This document shows, in pieces, positions 40,601-52,847 of a DNA stretch of 64,000 bases (position 1 is the stretch's first letter; each line of letters opens with the position of its first letter). The position numbers and the translations under genes are program-made. Origin of the DNA: Bispira polyomma (taxonomy: Eukaryota); contig OZ287757.1 of the NCBI GenBank assembly GCA_965649765.1, positions 9,176,001 to 9,240,000 on the forward strand. Direction: 5' to 3'. The notes under the pieces were generated by a model that was not told where the DNA came from, made no database searches, and saw nothing but the letters and a program-made list of their open reading frames with translations.

Positions 40601-42544
40601 ATATCTTTGACATATCGAAATGAGATTATAGTTTTAATTTCAAACATATTGAGATATTTAAGTTCGTAATCTCTGGACAAGACATCACCATTTGTAAAAA
40701 CGTTTAGTGTGTATATCTAATGACTAAAGGTTGATCAAAAATCTTTAGTCCCTGTGCATCTGATCAATTTACATTGAAAGTGGTTGAAAGTATTTGGTTT
40801 TCATAACACTAGTGCAAGATAATTAAAGTGCTGTTTATTTATAGGATTGATTGCTTACATTTGACGTTTTATGTAAAAACCTTTGGATGTTGTAAATGCT
40901 TTTTCGTTTTAAATAAAAACGACAAACAATCCTAAAATGCTTATGTGTTTAGTTTAGGCTGTTGTTCTTTTTATATGTATCATTTTACAATTCTGACTTT
41001 TTAATTTGATAATTAGATGTTTAAAACAGTCATGTTTTCCCAATTCCAAAGCAAATCTCGCCTGATGAAGAGTTATTGTTTGAGTGGTTCTTATATTATT
41101 ACTTTAAATGCAGTACATTGGAAAGACAGAATAACTGTTAGTTGTTTTTCCATAATCAAAGAGTACAGAACTAACCAGTTACTCCATAATACCATAATTT
41201 ATTGACATATGCTATGCATATTAAGATAGACATATTAGGAAAGCAGACTATGTCAAATGCATTAGTGTTTTAGTACATATTTACATTTATTCATTATAAA
41301 TATATATTTACTTATGCTACAAATGTTTTTAATTAATCAAAATTTTTCTTGTGGTGGTCTTGTGTAAGGAAAGTGACCATATTTATCAATATCTACAAAT
41401 GTATTCCTCAATATGAATTAAAGTTTAATTTAATTTAGTTGGGTCGAATGTCGCTTTCCACAGCTTAGGTCATATCCCGGAAGCCAGATCTAATCCTAAA
41501 TTTTGAAGAACTGCATTGTAAATAGCTCAATAATTTGTGAAATAGTAGCCACTTGAAACTTATATCAGAGGTTGTAGACACAGCGCATTAGATGATGTCA
41601 ATTATATAGATGACTTAGTTTCTTTAGTTGAAATATATGTAAATATTTATGAGAAACAAGTTTTACAACTATATGTGTCATGATGTCTTATGATTCTGGT
41701 GTTTCCATGTGTAAGTTAATTTCTTGGTGGATGAGGCACTACCATGAACAAGATGATTTTCTTTGTACAAATATTTGATTGTCTCTCAAGGGGCACTTAT
41801 TTATTTTCACAGTTTTCCTCAACGCTGTACTCTTGAATGCAAAAGCTTATCCATTCTCTTGAGTTATTTTTTTACTTATACATAGATCAGTTTTATTTTG
41901 GCACTCCTAAAAGTCACCACTCAGACAAACTTTTATAAGCCTCATTTTGACCTTTGTCTTTTCAAAATAGACAAAATATATTAACGTTACAGTTTTTTTC
42001 TAAAAAAAATGTCCCACATTTTAGTGTTAGTACCCATGTGGAATTTTTGTAACTTTTTAAAAATTGTCTGATATGCAACCGGTGCACATAGAACAATTTT
42101 TAGCTAATCGTTAACCCAAGAGAGCATAATATTTTATTTAATTTCAGCAGCTATTTTAAAGTGCTGCAACATATCCCATATTTGTTAAACGGCACATTTC
42201 TTGCATTATAACATTATATTCACACATTACATTGACTGCAATACACATGCACAAATATAAGATACCAAAACTTCTAATATAACTGTTTCATATGCATATA
42301 TTCACACACATGTCATTGTAAAATATGACCAACTTCATTACATGGGTACATTATGACCACTAATGTTTGTCATAATGGATCAATTCACATTGTACAGCAC
42401 ATTGATTCAAGTCTTTTCTCCTATTTAATTTTTCCAGGCTATTTGTGTATTGGTTGTTTACAACACAGTCATATTACTCTTTAAAAAACATTTTTTTAAA
42501 CACTTTAATATTTTGACTATTTGCTTTCTTTTCATACAAATCAT

Positions 42545-42797
42545 GGCCGCGGTGGCTTAGTGGTTAGCAAGCATTGCGCTTCACAATCACTGGTTTCTCA
42601 CCTCTGGGTGGCGTGAGTTCGAATCCTGTCGATGCCTATGTGGGAAAGGTGGTAGTTCCTTACTGTGGGCCGCTGGTTTCATTGCAGAACCTTGACCAAC
42701 TGTATGCAGTGTTTCCTCTAGCGTTTCCAACTATCCATCCCAATATAACCTACTAAAAGGTACTGGAGTGGACGTTAAATATCCAAATTCAAATTCA
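42545..42797 (+). mobile_element. tRNA-derived SINE (full length)
   Basis: A box TGGCTTAGTGG (42553-42563), B box GTTCGAATCC (42617-42626), (AAATTC)n tail. TSD TTCAT(A/G)CAAATCAT at 42531-42544 and 42794-42807. Confidence 0.92.
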
Positions 42798-43249
42798 TGC
42801 AAATCATTTGTTTGTGTTTTGTTTAGAGTAAAGCATTGGCACATGGCGAGAACACTATGGCAAAGAAAAGAAAAGTAAAGCGTGCAGGTATAACCTTTTC
42901 CATTACTCTTACAAATATGTGGTGGTCAGTTAAAGAACAAGATGGCCAGATATTCATTATATTTGAATGGATAATTATTTCAGCAATATGTCTAAATATA
43001 AAAATTGGGTGTCAGTGTTCTAGCTATAACACTCTCATCTCCTAAGTCTGTAGTTGTGGGTTTGAGTCTCAGCCATTGCATGTATTTGGAAATCTGTCAG
43101 CAGATTTACCGAAAGTTGGTGGTTTAGAAATTTGATTAAACTTCCTTGGTTTACTAGACTTAATTTACTGCCTGTGGTGATAAAATGTGAACTTGTAGAA
43201 ATGATGTGAAACTCAAAATAAATCTAAATTTCAGAATGTTCCTACTTTC

Positions 43250-45350
43250 CTTTTTGTATCAATAATGCCATCATACCCGCCTTTCAGTTACAACATGCCT
43301 GTTTCGTAACCAACTCCTACAGGTGACACACTGTCGTCTTTGTAAGTTGTTATGAGCGATACTTGTGCAGCCACGTAAGTTTTGTTGCTGACTCAAGACT
43401 TTCATTCAATATTTGGCCTCTAAATGGTAATTTACCTTCTCGTATAATGCTTACATGTGGCAGATCTCAGTTAACTATTGATTTTGCCGGTAATCTTGGA
43501 TAAATTACTGCAAAGGAGTAATAGAGATGGTGCGTCGTGGATCATATACTGACTTTCGCCAAGCATTGGATCTGGATGGAAATTGGATGTAGGACAATCC
43601 CACCTATTTTTATCAAGTTACAAATATGCAATATTGTCCAAAAAGCATTGAACTACACCATATACTAGACAAATTTCAAATATCCAGAAAAAATACGAAA
43701 TTTGAAAATTTGCTGGCACTTTGGAAACTTGGACTTATTCTCTAGAGAGACACTTGGCACTTTGGAAATTTGGACATAATCTCCGGAGAGACACATGATA
43801 GACGACAAAGTTGTCTATTGTTTTAAGCGATGAATGTGCTTTCCGAAACTTTACCAAGTCTTCAATCACACCATAGTCTACACAAAGTATAAAAATCAGA
43901 TAACAATAGTTTCAACTTAGTCTCAGGATGGACACCTTGGAGGAAAGTGGCCAACATTATATTTTTCCATTTGAGATTATGGTGGCTTTCTGAACCTTCA
44001 AGTTTTCAAAAGCATCTTAAATAGAATCAATTGCTGCGACTTTAAACTTTCTGTATCTTTTCAACCTTGAAAGATTTTTCCTTTGTAAAAACATTCAAAC
44101 CAACCTTTCACGAAAAACATTTAAAGGACCTGCTGATAATTATAATGAATGTATGTTAATTGCTTTTAGTTTCTTTTATTTTTGCTACATCACGTTGTTT
44201 CCCAATGACGATGTTTGTCGCGATCGGCTGTCTATGTCATGGGTGCACTCTGCTGTTTAATTTTGATGGGCCAGTCGGCCAACTGCCTTGGTCCCTTGTG
44301 CCAACTATCGAGTACTGTGAACAAATATCGACTACTTTGACATTTGAACTCTGCAAAGGCGAAACAACCATGTCACTACATTCTATTTTCACTACACCAT
44401 ACAGTTCAGACAGTTAAATAGTAAAGTATTTAACTTATTTATTTGATATGAAAATTGATTGTTTGATAAAATTACCATTTAACAGCTGCAATACCAGTGT
44501 ATGGGAGCTCTGGTAACAACAATTTATGTTAACATCAAAATAGTTTACAATTCACTAACATCTATTTGGTTACTCAATCTTATATCATTATGTAGGTCTC
44601 CTGTGTATCCAGATATGCAGTTTATCCAACCAAAGCCAAAGTGGAAATTGACAATAATTTTATAAATCCTTGTCTTCTGTAAGCGAAAATACAAGAGATT
44701 TCGGCCACTACCTCAACTGGCTACTCTGGTTCACCATCCAGGTGAATGTTTGTTTTCATTAGTGAATAACGATTTTCAGGTAGCATAGTTTTTTAAGATA
44801 ATTGTTTATATTCTACCAGGAGATTGTCTTTTCATTTCTATCGGTTGCTTTGTTACATCGCGTTGAATAGATTTGACCAATTCATCAGTCACTGAATGTT
44901 TGGTTCATATATGCTTTGTTTCTGTGATCATAAAAGTATTCAGCCCCCTTTGGTGGTATTCTGTAATCATTATACTTTTGTATATACTTTCTGGTCAAGA
45001 TCATCAACATCTTTAATGTTCTTACATCTATTTATTTCCTTTGATCATCAGTCTTGTAGACCCTGTTAGTATACAATTTCTTGTAAATATTACCAACACC
45101 ATCATCTTTGCCAGACACCAGTGTTTCTTCATATTCAGTCTTCATATTAGCGACTTACGTATATTACTGGTAATGTATTTGAAACAAATGTAACTGTGAA
45201 GTTGTCTTTGAAAATTCTGCATCAAGACGATGGTTTCAAGAATGACTTGGTCAACTTAGGGGTGAATTGAGAATGCATATTCCATACGGGATAATTGTTG
45301 TAGTTGAACATAAATCAAGTACAACCAGTGCAAATTGTAGGTCGCCCAGA
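43250..45350 (-). pseudogene. Possible highly degenerate Academ-like DNA transposase
   Basis: Frame-hopping fragments RDVAKIKET, KMLLKT, DLP..ALYEKVNY..AKY*MKVLSQQQNL and a decayed Cys-rich end appear in the order expected for Academ-type transposases; weak, by eye only. Confidence 0.3.
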
Positions 45351-45409
45351 TCATCTTAAAATTGCTTAGATCAAGAAAATGTGATTAGGCTTTAAGTAAT
45401 TTATTTGTA

Positions 45410-45715
45410 CTATGGTTAGGAAAGTGGTAACACACTTGCCTGCATCATCATACCGTTGTGGGTTAGAATCCTCATCCTAGTGTGTGGGTGGTCAGTTAAA
45501 GATCAAGATGGTCATATATTTATAATATTTGAATGGATAATTATTTCAAGAATATGTCTAAATATGAAAATTGCGTGTTCTAGCTAACAGAATATTAGAA
45601 GGCTGGTGGTTTACAGAGCATATACATTGACGGACTGCATTGCTCTGCATTTCTGTACCAATAACCCACCCTTACGATACAGTACAGATGTTGAAAGTGA
45701 TGATAAACCCAAACT
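45410..45715 (+). mobile_element. Old tRNA-derived SINE remnant with a ~100-bp insert
   Basis: Head GTGGTAACACACTTGCC..GGGTTAGAATCC, tail GATGTTGAAAGTGATGATAAACCCAAAC. Insert 45488-45585 is similar to 42923-43025. Confidence 0.5.
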
Positions 45716-45809
45716 TCTTGTGATATTAGCAGAGATGAAGTCCTCAAAATCATAAATTCATTTCCACTATATAAATATTTTACTAACTTTAGTCACAAGC
45801 ATAATTAAC

Positions 45810-46480
45810 TACTCACTTCAAGACTGCTGCTTACCAACGTCTTTCAGAACTGCCAATGTTACTCCTCTACTCATAAGCCATACTTAGACAGAAATAACCT
45901 TTAAAATTACAGACCAGGATAAAATTTGAGTTTTGTCTCTAAACTAATGGAGAAAGCTGTTGCACTTTAAATAAATGAACACTTGTCTAACAACCACATG
46001 GGAAACACACGCCAATCAGCCTACAGCAAATCCCATTCAACTGAGAAGTACTAGTAAATATTATCAGTTACATTTGTATGGTCTTGGATAAAAATGGTCT
46101 AGTTGCTCTAACCCGTCTTGACTTGTCTTCTGCATTTGACACAATTGACCACAAGATACTCTCTGAATGTCTAAATTCTTGGTCTATCAGTCTCAGTTCT
46201 TTAATAGATTGAATCCTATCGCGACCACCATGATCAAATCATCAGGGTCATTGGAGCCAAGTCATCCACTTTTAATCTCCCATTCAGTGTCACACAGAGT
46301 TTTGTCCAGCAACTTTCCTTGGTAACATCACTCTTCCTGTCAACAGTGCCAAAAACCTAAAAGTCACTTTTGACTGATTTGTCCTTTGAAAAACATGTTT
46401 CCAACATTTTCCAATCATGCTACTGCAATATCTGTGAGTTAAGTCTAGAAAATGCTGTTACTACTGCAATTCACTAGTGA
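45810..46480 (+). pseudogene. Degenerate L2 RT fragment
   Basis: FRTANVTPL, SFVSKLMEKAVA, QSAYSKSHSTE, LDLSSAFDTIDHKILSECL. Confidence 0.8.
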
Positions 46481-47199
46481 TCGTTTCTTTTAGTTTGGGG
46501 ACCGGCATGGTGTAAGTCTTCTGTTTCTGTCGACAAGCAGATCTCAGAATCTGCCAGGAGCAGTGGCCTAATATTTGGATGAAGTGCTCTGTTTGGTTTG
46601 TACTCGTTACAGATTTTTTTGGGTGTGGATCGGTTTAGTAATTCTTGAGATGTTGGTCTTTATGCAGATCATTATATTAACATGTAACTAGTATTTTATA
46701 TATAGACTCTTTGTTCCTATGTATAAATCTTGTATATAGAATTGGACTGGGGCAAATAACCAACCTACTAAAAATTCAAAACACCCTGTGCATAATTGTG
46801 TAACATGCTGGTCCCCGCTCATATACAACACCTCTGTGCAGCAACCTGCCTACTTATCATCTATACTATCTGTCTGCTATGTTACCAGAGGAAATCGCCT
46901 CTTCACCTCTGGTTTCTCAGTCATAAAGCCAGAAAGAAGTCCATATATTGGGCTACTATTTTTTATTAGTCTCTATAACATTAACACATAATATACTGTT
47001 GTTGATGTAGTATAAAAATACTGTTGACAAGATATAAAATTGTAAAGAGAACAAGCCCCCCAAAATACTAATAACGTGGCAGGAATATGTTTTCCATGCT
47101 TACAGAAAATGTTACATAAAAGTTACCTGCTATAAACACCACATGGCAGGAATATGCTCCCTTAAAACGTTACATATCGTTAAAACACTAATAATAGTG

Positions 47200-47735
47200 A
47201 CCCAAGTGTGGGTGGGTCGTTGTAGTATTTACACGTGACCTTCTTGGCCTTGGACTGTGTTCTAGGCGATCCTGTGTTGTGAGACTTTTGCTGTATTTTT
47301 ACTGATCCACTGAAGACAGCGCTCTGGGCCATTCTGTTTTCTGCCCAGACTCTCGTGTTCCCCCCACTCTAGCTGGGAAAGCCCGCTTGGCAATCGGCCA
47401 AAATAGGTTCTCTGCTAGCTGAACGGTTTCTAGTAGGTCCCCCAAAATCAGCCAGGCCACCGCTATATCTGTCGTGTCCAGGGCATTTCTGATGCTGCCA
47501 ATTACAAATTGTCCCAATGTCAGGTCATCATATGTTGTTTTCTTCCGGTTTGGCCCAATCAGGCAAGCCAGATTTGGCCAACTCAAATTAGCCACTTGGC
47601 TCAGCTTGTCAGTGGTGTTCTACCGTCCACTCTTTTTTTCTTTCTACCTTGTAGTTCTATCCTCATGCGAGTTTTCATGGCCGCTATCTTTTCATTAACA
47701 AGCTTCTGCACATTTGGATTATTGCACAATAGTAT
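47200..47735 (-). pseudogene. DIRS/Ngaro-type gag remnant (element H)
   Basis: PNVQKLVNEKIAAMKTRMRIELQG, SGR, WPNLACLIGPNRKKTTYDDLTLGQFVIG. Confidence 0.75.
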
Positions 47736-50700
47736 AGTACATTAGCCCTTGTTAGGTGCCTAGTAGGATCAAAACAGTTTGAAGTTGAAGGGGTTAAGTT
47801 GGAAATTCTGAGAAAACCAAAGAACACAAATGATATTGTTGTTCTATAAAGTTCAGGAAATGCCAAGGTTAGACAGAGTTTTGATATTTGTTGGAGTTGG
47901 TAAATATCCAAAATCCCTTTTGGTTTCGGGATGAACCTTGAGTTGATTGCTAGAGATTTCTGGTACATGGCAATCCTATGAGTATTTTGTATGTGCAGCA
48001 ATTTGCGTGTATGACGAATGGCTGCTATGTAATTGTTAATAACTTTAAAAGAAATGTTTGATTGATGGAGGTACTCCATAAAAGCAATCAGTGAAGTGAA
48101 AGAGAAATGATCTTCTATGTTATGGTAGACCATAAAGGCCATGTACAGTCTAAATTGTTTGTCATATTGGCATCTTGTCCTTGGTCGTTGACTGTCTTTA
48201 ATCTTCATCATAGCATCGGATACCAAAGCTCTGATGGCTGGGGAGTTACCTACAATTATATATCGTTATTCATCAAGAACCATTCCACCTTAACTTCTTT
48301 CATCACGAAATTGTTAATTATATTATTTTTCATTTCATAACAACGAGAACCTAAGTTGTGCCATCTAGAGAGTATATCTGCTATTACATTCTTTTTTCCC
48401 ATTATGTGTCTAATATTTATGTTAATATTGTGCCCTGCACAGATCAACCATCAATTCCTAAAGCATGTACTTAAATAAAGGTCCCTAGTTTTGGAGGACT
48501 GCACCACAGAGACATCTGCCGCATTGTCTGATTGTATCCTTACTGTCTTATCTTTAAATTTGTGTTTCCACAGTCTTACAGTCACAAGGAGGCTGATCAT
48601 TTCAAAATGAGCTATGGACAAAGATTGCTTCATACATAAGGGAGTAAAGTAGTGAAAACCTCACCGTCAGATACTCCCCCAATGCCGTCAACGCAAGCAT
48701 CTACTTGTAAATGTACTGTCTGTTCTATGTCGCCACTTTGATATTTTGTTGTCCCATTATAGTCGAATAAAAATTTTAGAAACCAGTTTAAGTCCTTCTT
48801 AAAGTCCTGAGTTAAAGTTATCACTTTTTCATTTGTTGCATTTCTTAGTATGCTCAACATCCTGTTGATAAAAGTCCCTGCTGGCTTTATGCACCTATGT
48901 ATGTATAGTAATTTGCCTAGCAAGGACTGGTATTTACTTTTCTTCACTTTTGTCAGGGGGATAAACTCCACACACATTTCGTGTATTGATTCTAATTTTT
49001 CCTGATCGATACTTGGTGTTTTTTCTCGCACGTCTATTGTTATCCCCATACATGTTACTCGTGTACTGGGGGGACTGTTTTCATTGATGGGGAGACCAAG
49101 GTCACGTAGTACTTTCTTTAAAAAATCAAAAAGCTGAGGTGGCCTTATCTTGGGACTCTGCAATTACAAAATCGTCGATGTAATTAAATGCCTTAAAGTC
49201 AAGACTTTTCATAATTTAAGTTACTGCGTCTGACGTTCTCATAAAGACGGCCGTCCTGTGGGTGAGGCCAAATGCAAGCGTTGAATCAACATAAAATTGT
49301 TGTTTCCAATTATAGCCGAGCTTAAGGCAATCTAAAGGATCGACCCTTATATTCCTAAAAGCATGGGCCACGTCCACCGTTGCTATTCTCACTGAGGGGT
49401 CAATATGGTTAATATGCTGAACAATCTGATCTATTGTTGGCAATCTTAAACTGAATTCAACGTCATCATATGCGCTTTTAATTGTACAATAATTAACTGA
49501 TGCCCCACTTGGGTGAGACAGATTCAAAATAAGCCTTCTAGTTCCGTCGTCCTTTGGACGAGTTAAAAGGGGGGAATAATGTACTTTATTGTCCCCAATG
49601 TACTAATTGGGCCGACAATGGTGCCTTTATTCAGTTCTTTCTGAAAGTATTTGTCAACATATTCGGGGAATTGTAGCGCTGAGTAATGGTTTTGAACATT
49701 TTTTGTTTGCAAGCGTGTTCTCTCATATATCGATATAGGAAAACCGTACTCAAGATACTGCAGCAAAAGCTGGTCAGGGTAGTCTCTTAAATAATGTTTC
49801 CACTGGTCTATGTTAAGACCCGACATGAGTGGAATTCTAGCACTCTTATAATTTGACTGGCATGTTTGCTTTATTATGTCAGCTATTTGTGTAAGAGTGG
49901 CATAGTCTTTAATGTCGACAGGTTCTCTCCAGGGACCTATGAACTCAAAATTTGTATTACCCTGACGGATATACCCGTACTGCCTTACTGAATCACAACC
50001 CTTTACACATTTAGTGTCTTGTTCAAGTCCACCTACTTGTAGTAAATGATCCACTCTATGTTCACTACTGTCCATGTCTGCCTTATTGATCTTATTGCTA
50101 CTGTCACCACCTAAAAGTCCATTATTGTCCCAAATCCTTTTTGTTTCTTGTCGAGTAAGTGTCCTATTTGATGTGATATGATGAGTGTGTTCTGTAGCTG
50201 CTTTAGATGTGTAATGCCTATGTAATAATGTGTTTGACCAATCTTTGTTCTGACATGTGATGTTATTTTCTGTTTATGTCTGTGTGTCTATTTCTATTAT
50301 TGTATTTGGTCGTTTTGTCTGTCTGAGTGTAAGTCTCTATGTTATTTGAAGTTTGTATTAACATGTCTGTTTGTGTACAGTATGTCAAAGGCCATATGTC
50401 ATTTGTGTTATAGCCCTCTTTGTTAATTCAACCTGCAATACATTATTATGACATAATTCATATACTCCATTCAAATTAGTTTCAGCTTTACACATTAAAT
50501 AATACAATTGGTTAGCATTACAACTAGTATAACAGCTACTATATACATCTACAGTTACCCACTTTTGCACATTGTTTTGATTCCCACAGTTATCACCTTG
50601 CACTGTATCAGTGGCTAAATATGTGACATTGTTCATGAGCTTTAACTTATCTATACTCTTATTATCTAAATTAGAAATTTGTTTGTCTTTTTCTACAATA

Positions 50701-51170
50701 TTTAATTTATTTACTATGCTAATCTCATTGCCATTGTTTTTGGTGAACCAATCTTGACCATAGTTCCCACTATCAACACTAACTACTCCAGTGACAGCTC
50801 CCTTCAGATGCAGTCTCCTGTCCTATTGTACTGGTGTACTCCCCATCTGGGGTTTACCATTGATCTTAAAACATTTTGATTCTGGGTGATTATTCTCCCG
50901 GATGCGAACACTGACCCTTTTGGTAGTGCCTACAAGGCATGCGCATTTTCGTTGCTTTGATGGTCATCGAGGCTGATATGGAAGCCTGAGAATATGAAAT
51001 CCTGTTCATACTCCACTTGGTCTAATCAGCCCAAGTCAGTCGTCCCTCCTCAAGGTCATGCATGTTGCTAGCATAGGTAGCTTTTGCAAATTGCCATGAA
51101 ATGTTATTTGCGTCACGCAAGGTGTCCCCCAATTGCTTTTGCACAACACGACTACTCTAGGGGTCTGTTA
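47736..51170 (-). mobile_element. Degenerate YR retrotransposon (element G): gag C-half, pol, 5' half of YR
   Basis: DTLRDANNISW..HDLEEGRLTW, LQYLEYGFP, LTRPKDDGTRRLILNLSHP, VDVAHAFRN, NYIDD, LQVDAC, SDNAA, ADILSR, FFGFLRISNL. Confidence 0.9.
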
Positions 51171-51449
51171 GTTCAGTCCAACATAAGATTTAGCCAACCT
51201 TAAAAATTTTAGGTTACACATAACCTTTATTTTCCTGTTTATGTGACAACCTCCAATCAAATTCAAGTTCAGTCACCCATGACCGCTCCCCTCCATTTTG
51301 TTAGCATTATTAACTGGAGATTTGAACGAGCAACACAGACATTTTGAAAACTGGAATGTATATAGTATTTTTATTTGTGTTATTTTAGTTTGTTTTTAGT
51401 TTTATACATCCAGTAATTATTTATGTATAGTGTGATCCATAAGAAGAAA

Positions 51450-52847
51450 ATGGGCAAAACAACGAAGAAAACGCCAGTTACAAGGGCGAACAAAGCTAGG
51501 ACTAAGAAGAGCATGGTAATTTCTACAGACCTCAGCAAAGGTCAGCAGGTATCAGACTTTATAGTTTCCGAGGTTCAAGCTCAGTTAACTGCCTTAGTGG
51601 CTAGACCTCTCGAACCGTCTCTAGAATTCTTGTCCACAACTACTACCAACTCCGGGGCCGCTTATGGTCAGGTCACACCTCCACGTGCACCTAATAACAT
51701 CACCAAGTCTTTATTGCCATATACTCTGGGCTACTCGACTGCAGACAGAGACCTTCCTTATGCTGGGGTTACACCTTCACGTTTGCAGACTCCGTCGGGG
51801 GCGACTGTTATTCAACCATTCATGGCGAGTCAACAGCCCATGTCGAGCGTTACTGTTAATACAGACAGCTCATCAGAGATGCTGGCTATACTCAGACAAC
51901 TGGAAACTTCGAACGCAGAACTCAGTCAGCGAATCAGTAAGGTTGAAACGACTCAGACCCAACAAGCGTTACTTACTAGGCCTGCAGCAGATACCACAGG
52001 AACACACCACTCCACGTTGGCAGCTTTGGCGTTAGTAGCTCCACCTCCGTTATGTCACATGTGGGCGTTGAATCCAGGTCCAACCGCATTACCCTCAGGT
52101 CATCAGGATTTTGCTAAGGACGGCGTGGTTCCACAACTGGACACTCTTCGGGCGATACCAGCTATACAGGCCGCCATAGCCAGGCAGTTAGCGGGGTATG
52201 AGACCAATATCCAGAGAGACATTCTTCAAGGTAAGGCTCCAGTAAAACAGACATCTGGGCGTTATAACAGTTCTGACATTTCCACAGCAGACCCCAAATT
52301 TCTATGGCCGAATGAGGGGTGGGTAGGCGCTAACGCGAAACGGAAACCGACTTTTGACGACTTGTCTTTGGCGCAATGGGCGGCTGGGCAGCTTAACAAT
52401 GCTCTTCTAGTAGCAGACCCTGTTTTGATGAAAGGTATGATCCAGCAAGTAGTTCACACACTCAGGGACGCGGCAGCTCTTCCCTGGCCAGTGGTTCGCA
52501 CGGCCTGGGGCCACAGTATGCAGGAAATAGAAGAAGGGCGACTTACATGGGACAACCAAATGCAGTGGGCTTTAAATAGATTGAGTGAATCCCAAATGGC
52601 ACTAGTAAGCAATACTGGGAACAATGGTAACAATGATCTGAGTAAGGGGAAACAAAATGAATTTAAGACGATCTGTAAGTTATACAACAATGGGAAATGT
52701 TCTCACAAAACCGACCATGCTAATTACAGGCACATTTGTTGGCATTGTTCGAAAACACTTGGCAAGGATGCAGTGCACCCTGAGTTCAAATGCTTTAAAT
52801 TCCAGGCCAATCTGAACAAGAACCCAGAACAGTCAAATAATCGTTAG
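51450..52847 (+). CDS. gag: Gag-like protein with C-terminal Cys/His fingers
   Basis: Open frame (upstream ATG also at 51423). MGKTTKKTP matches element D. WPNEG, FDDLSLAQWAAGQL, CKLYNNGKCSHKTDH..HICWHC..HPEFKC. Confidence 0.88.
   Translation: MGKTTKKTPVTRANKARTKKSMVISTDLSKGQQVSDFIVSEVQAQLTALVARPLEPSLEFLSTTTTNSGAAYGQVTPPRAPNNITKSLLPYTLGYSTADRDLPYAGVTPSRLQTPSGATVIQPFMASQQPMSSVTVNTDSSSEMLAILRQLETSNAELSQRISKVETTQTQQALLTRPAADTTGTHHSTLAALALVAPPPLCHMWALNPGPTALPSGHQDFAKDGVVPQLDTLRAIPAIQAAIARQLAGYETNIQRDILQGKAPVKQTSGRYNSSDISTADPKFLWPNEGWVGANAKRKPTFDDLSLAQWAAGQLNNALLVADPVLMKGMIQQVVHTLRDAAALPWPVVRTAWGHSMQEIEEGRLTWDNQMQWALNRLSESQMALVSNTGNNGNNDLSKGKQNEFKTICKLYNNGKCSHKTDHANYRHICWHCSKTLGKDAVHPEFKCFKFQANLNKNPEQSNNR

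Noticed and set aside
38530-42500. Short ORFs in the AT-rich interval
   Set aside because: No recognisable motifs, coding-like composition or splice context; treated as non-coding apart from tiny SINE scraps near 39350 and 41440.
42545-42640. Functional tRNA gene, or the 60-aa ORFs 42574-42756 and 1707-1889 as a conserved small protein
   Set aside because: The A/B boxes continue into a SINE body with tail and TSD. The ORF similarity simply reflects two SINE copies, and the starts are non-ATG.
44990-45060. Minimal hammerhead ribozyme on the minus strand (CTGATGA-TCAAAG-GAAA)
   Set aside because: No NUH cleavage triplet before the candidate stem I partner and no convincing stem III.
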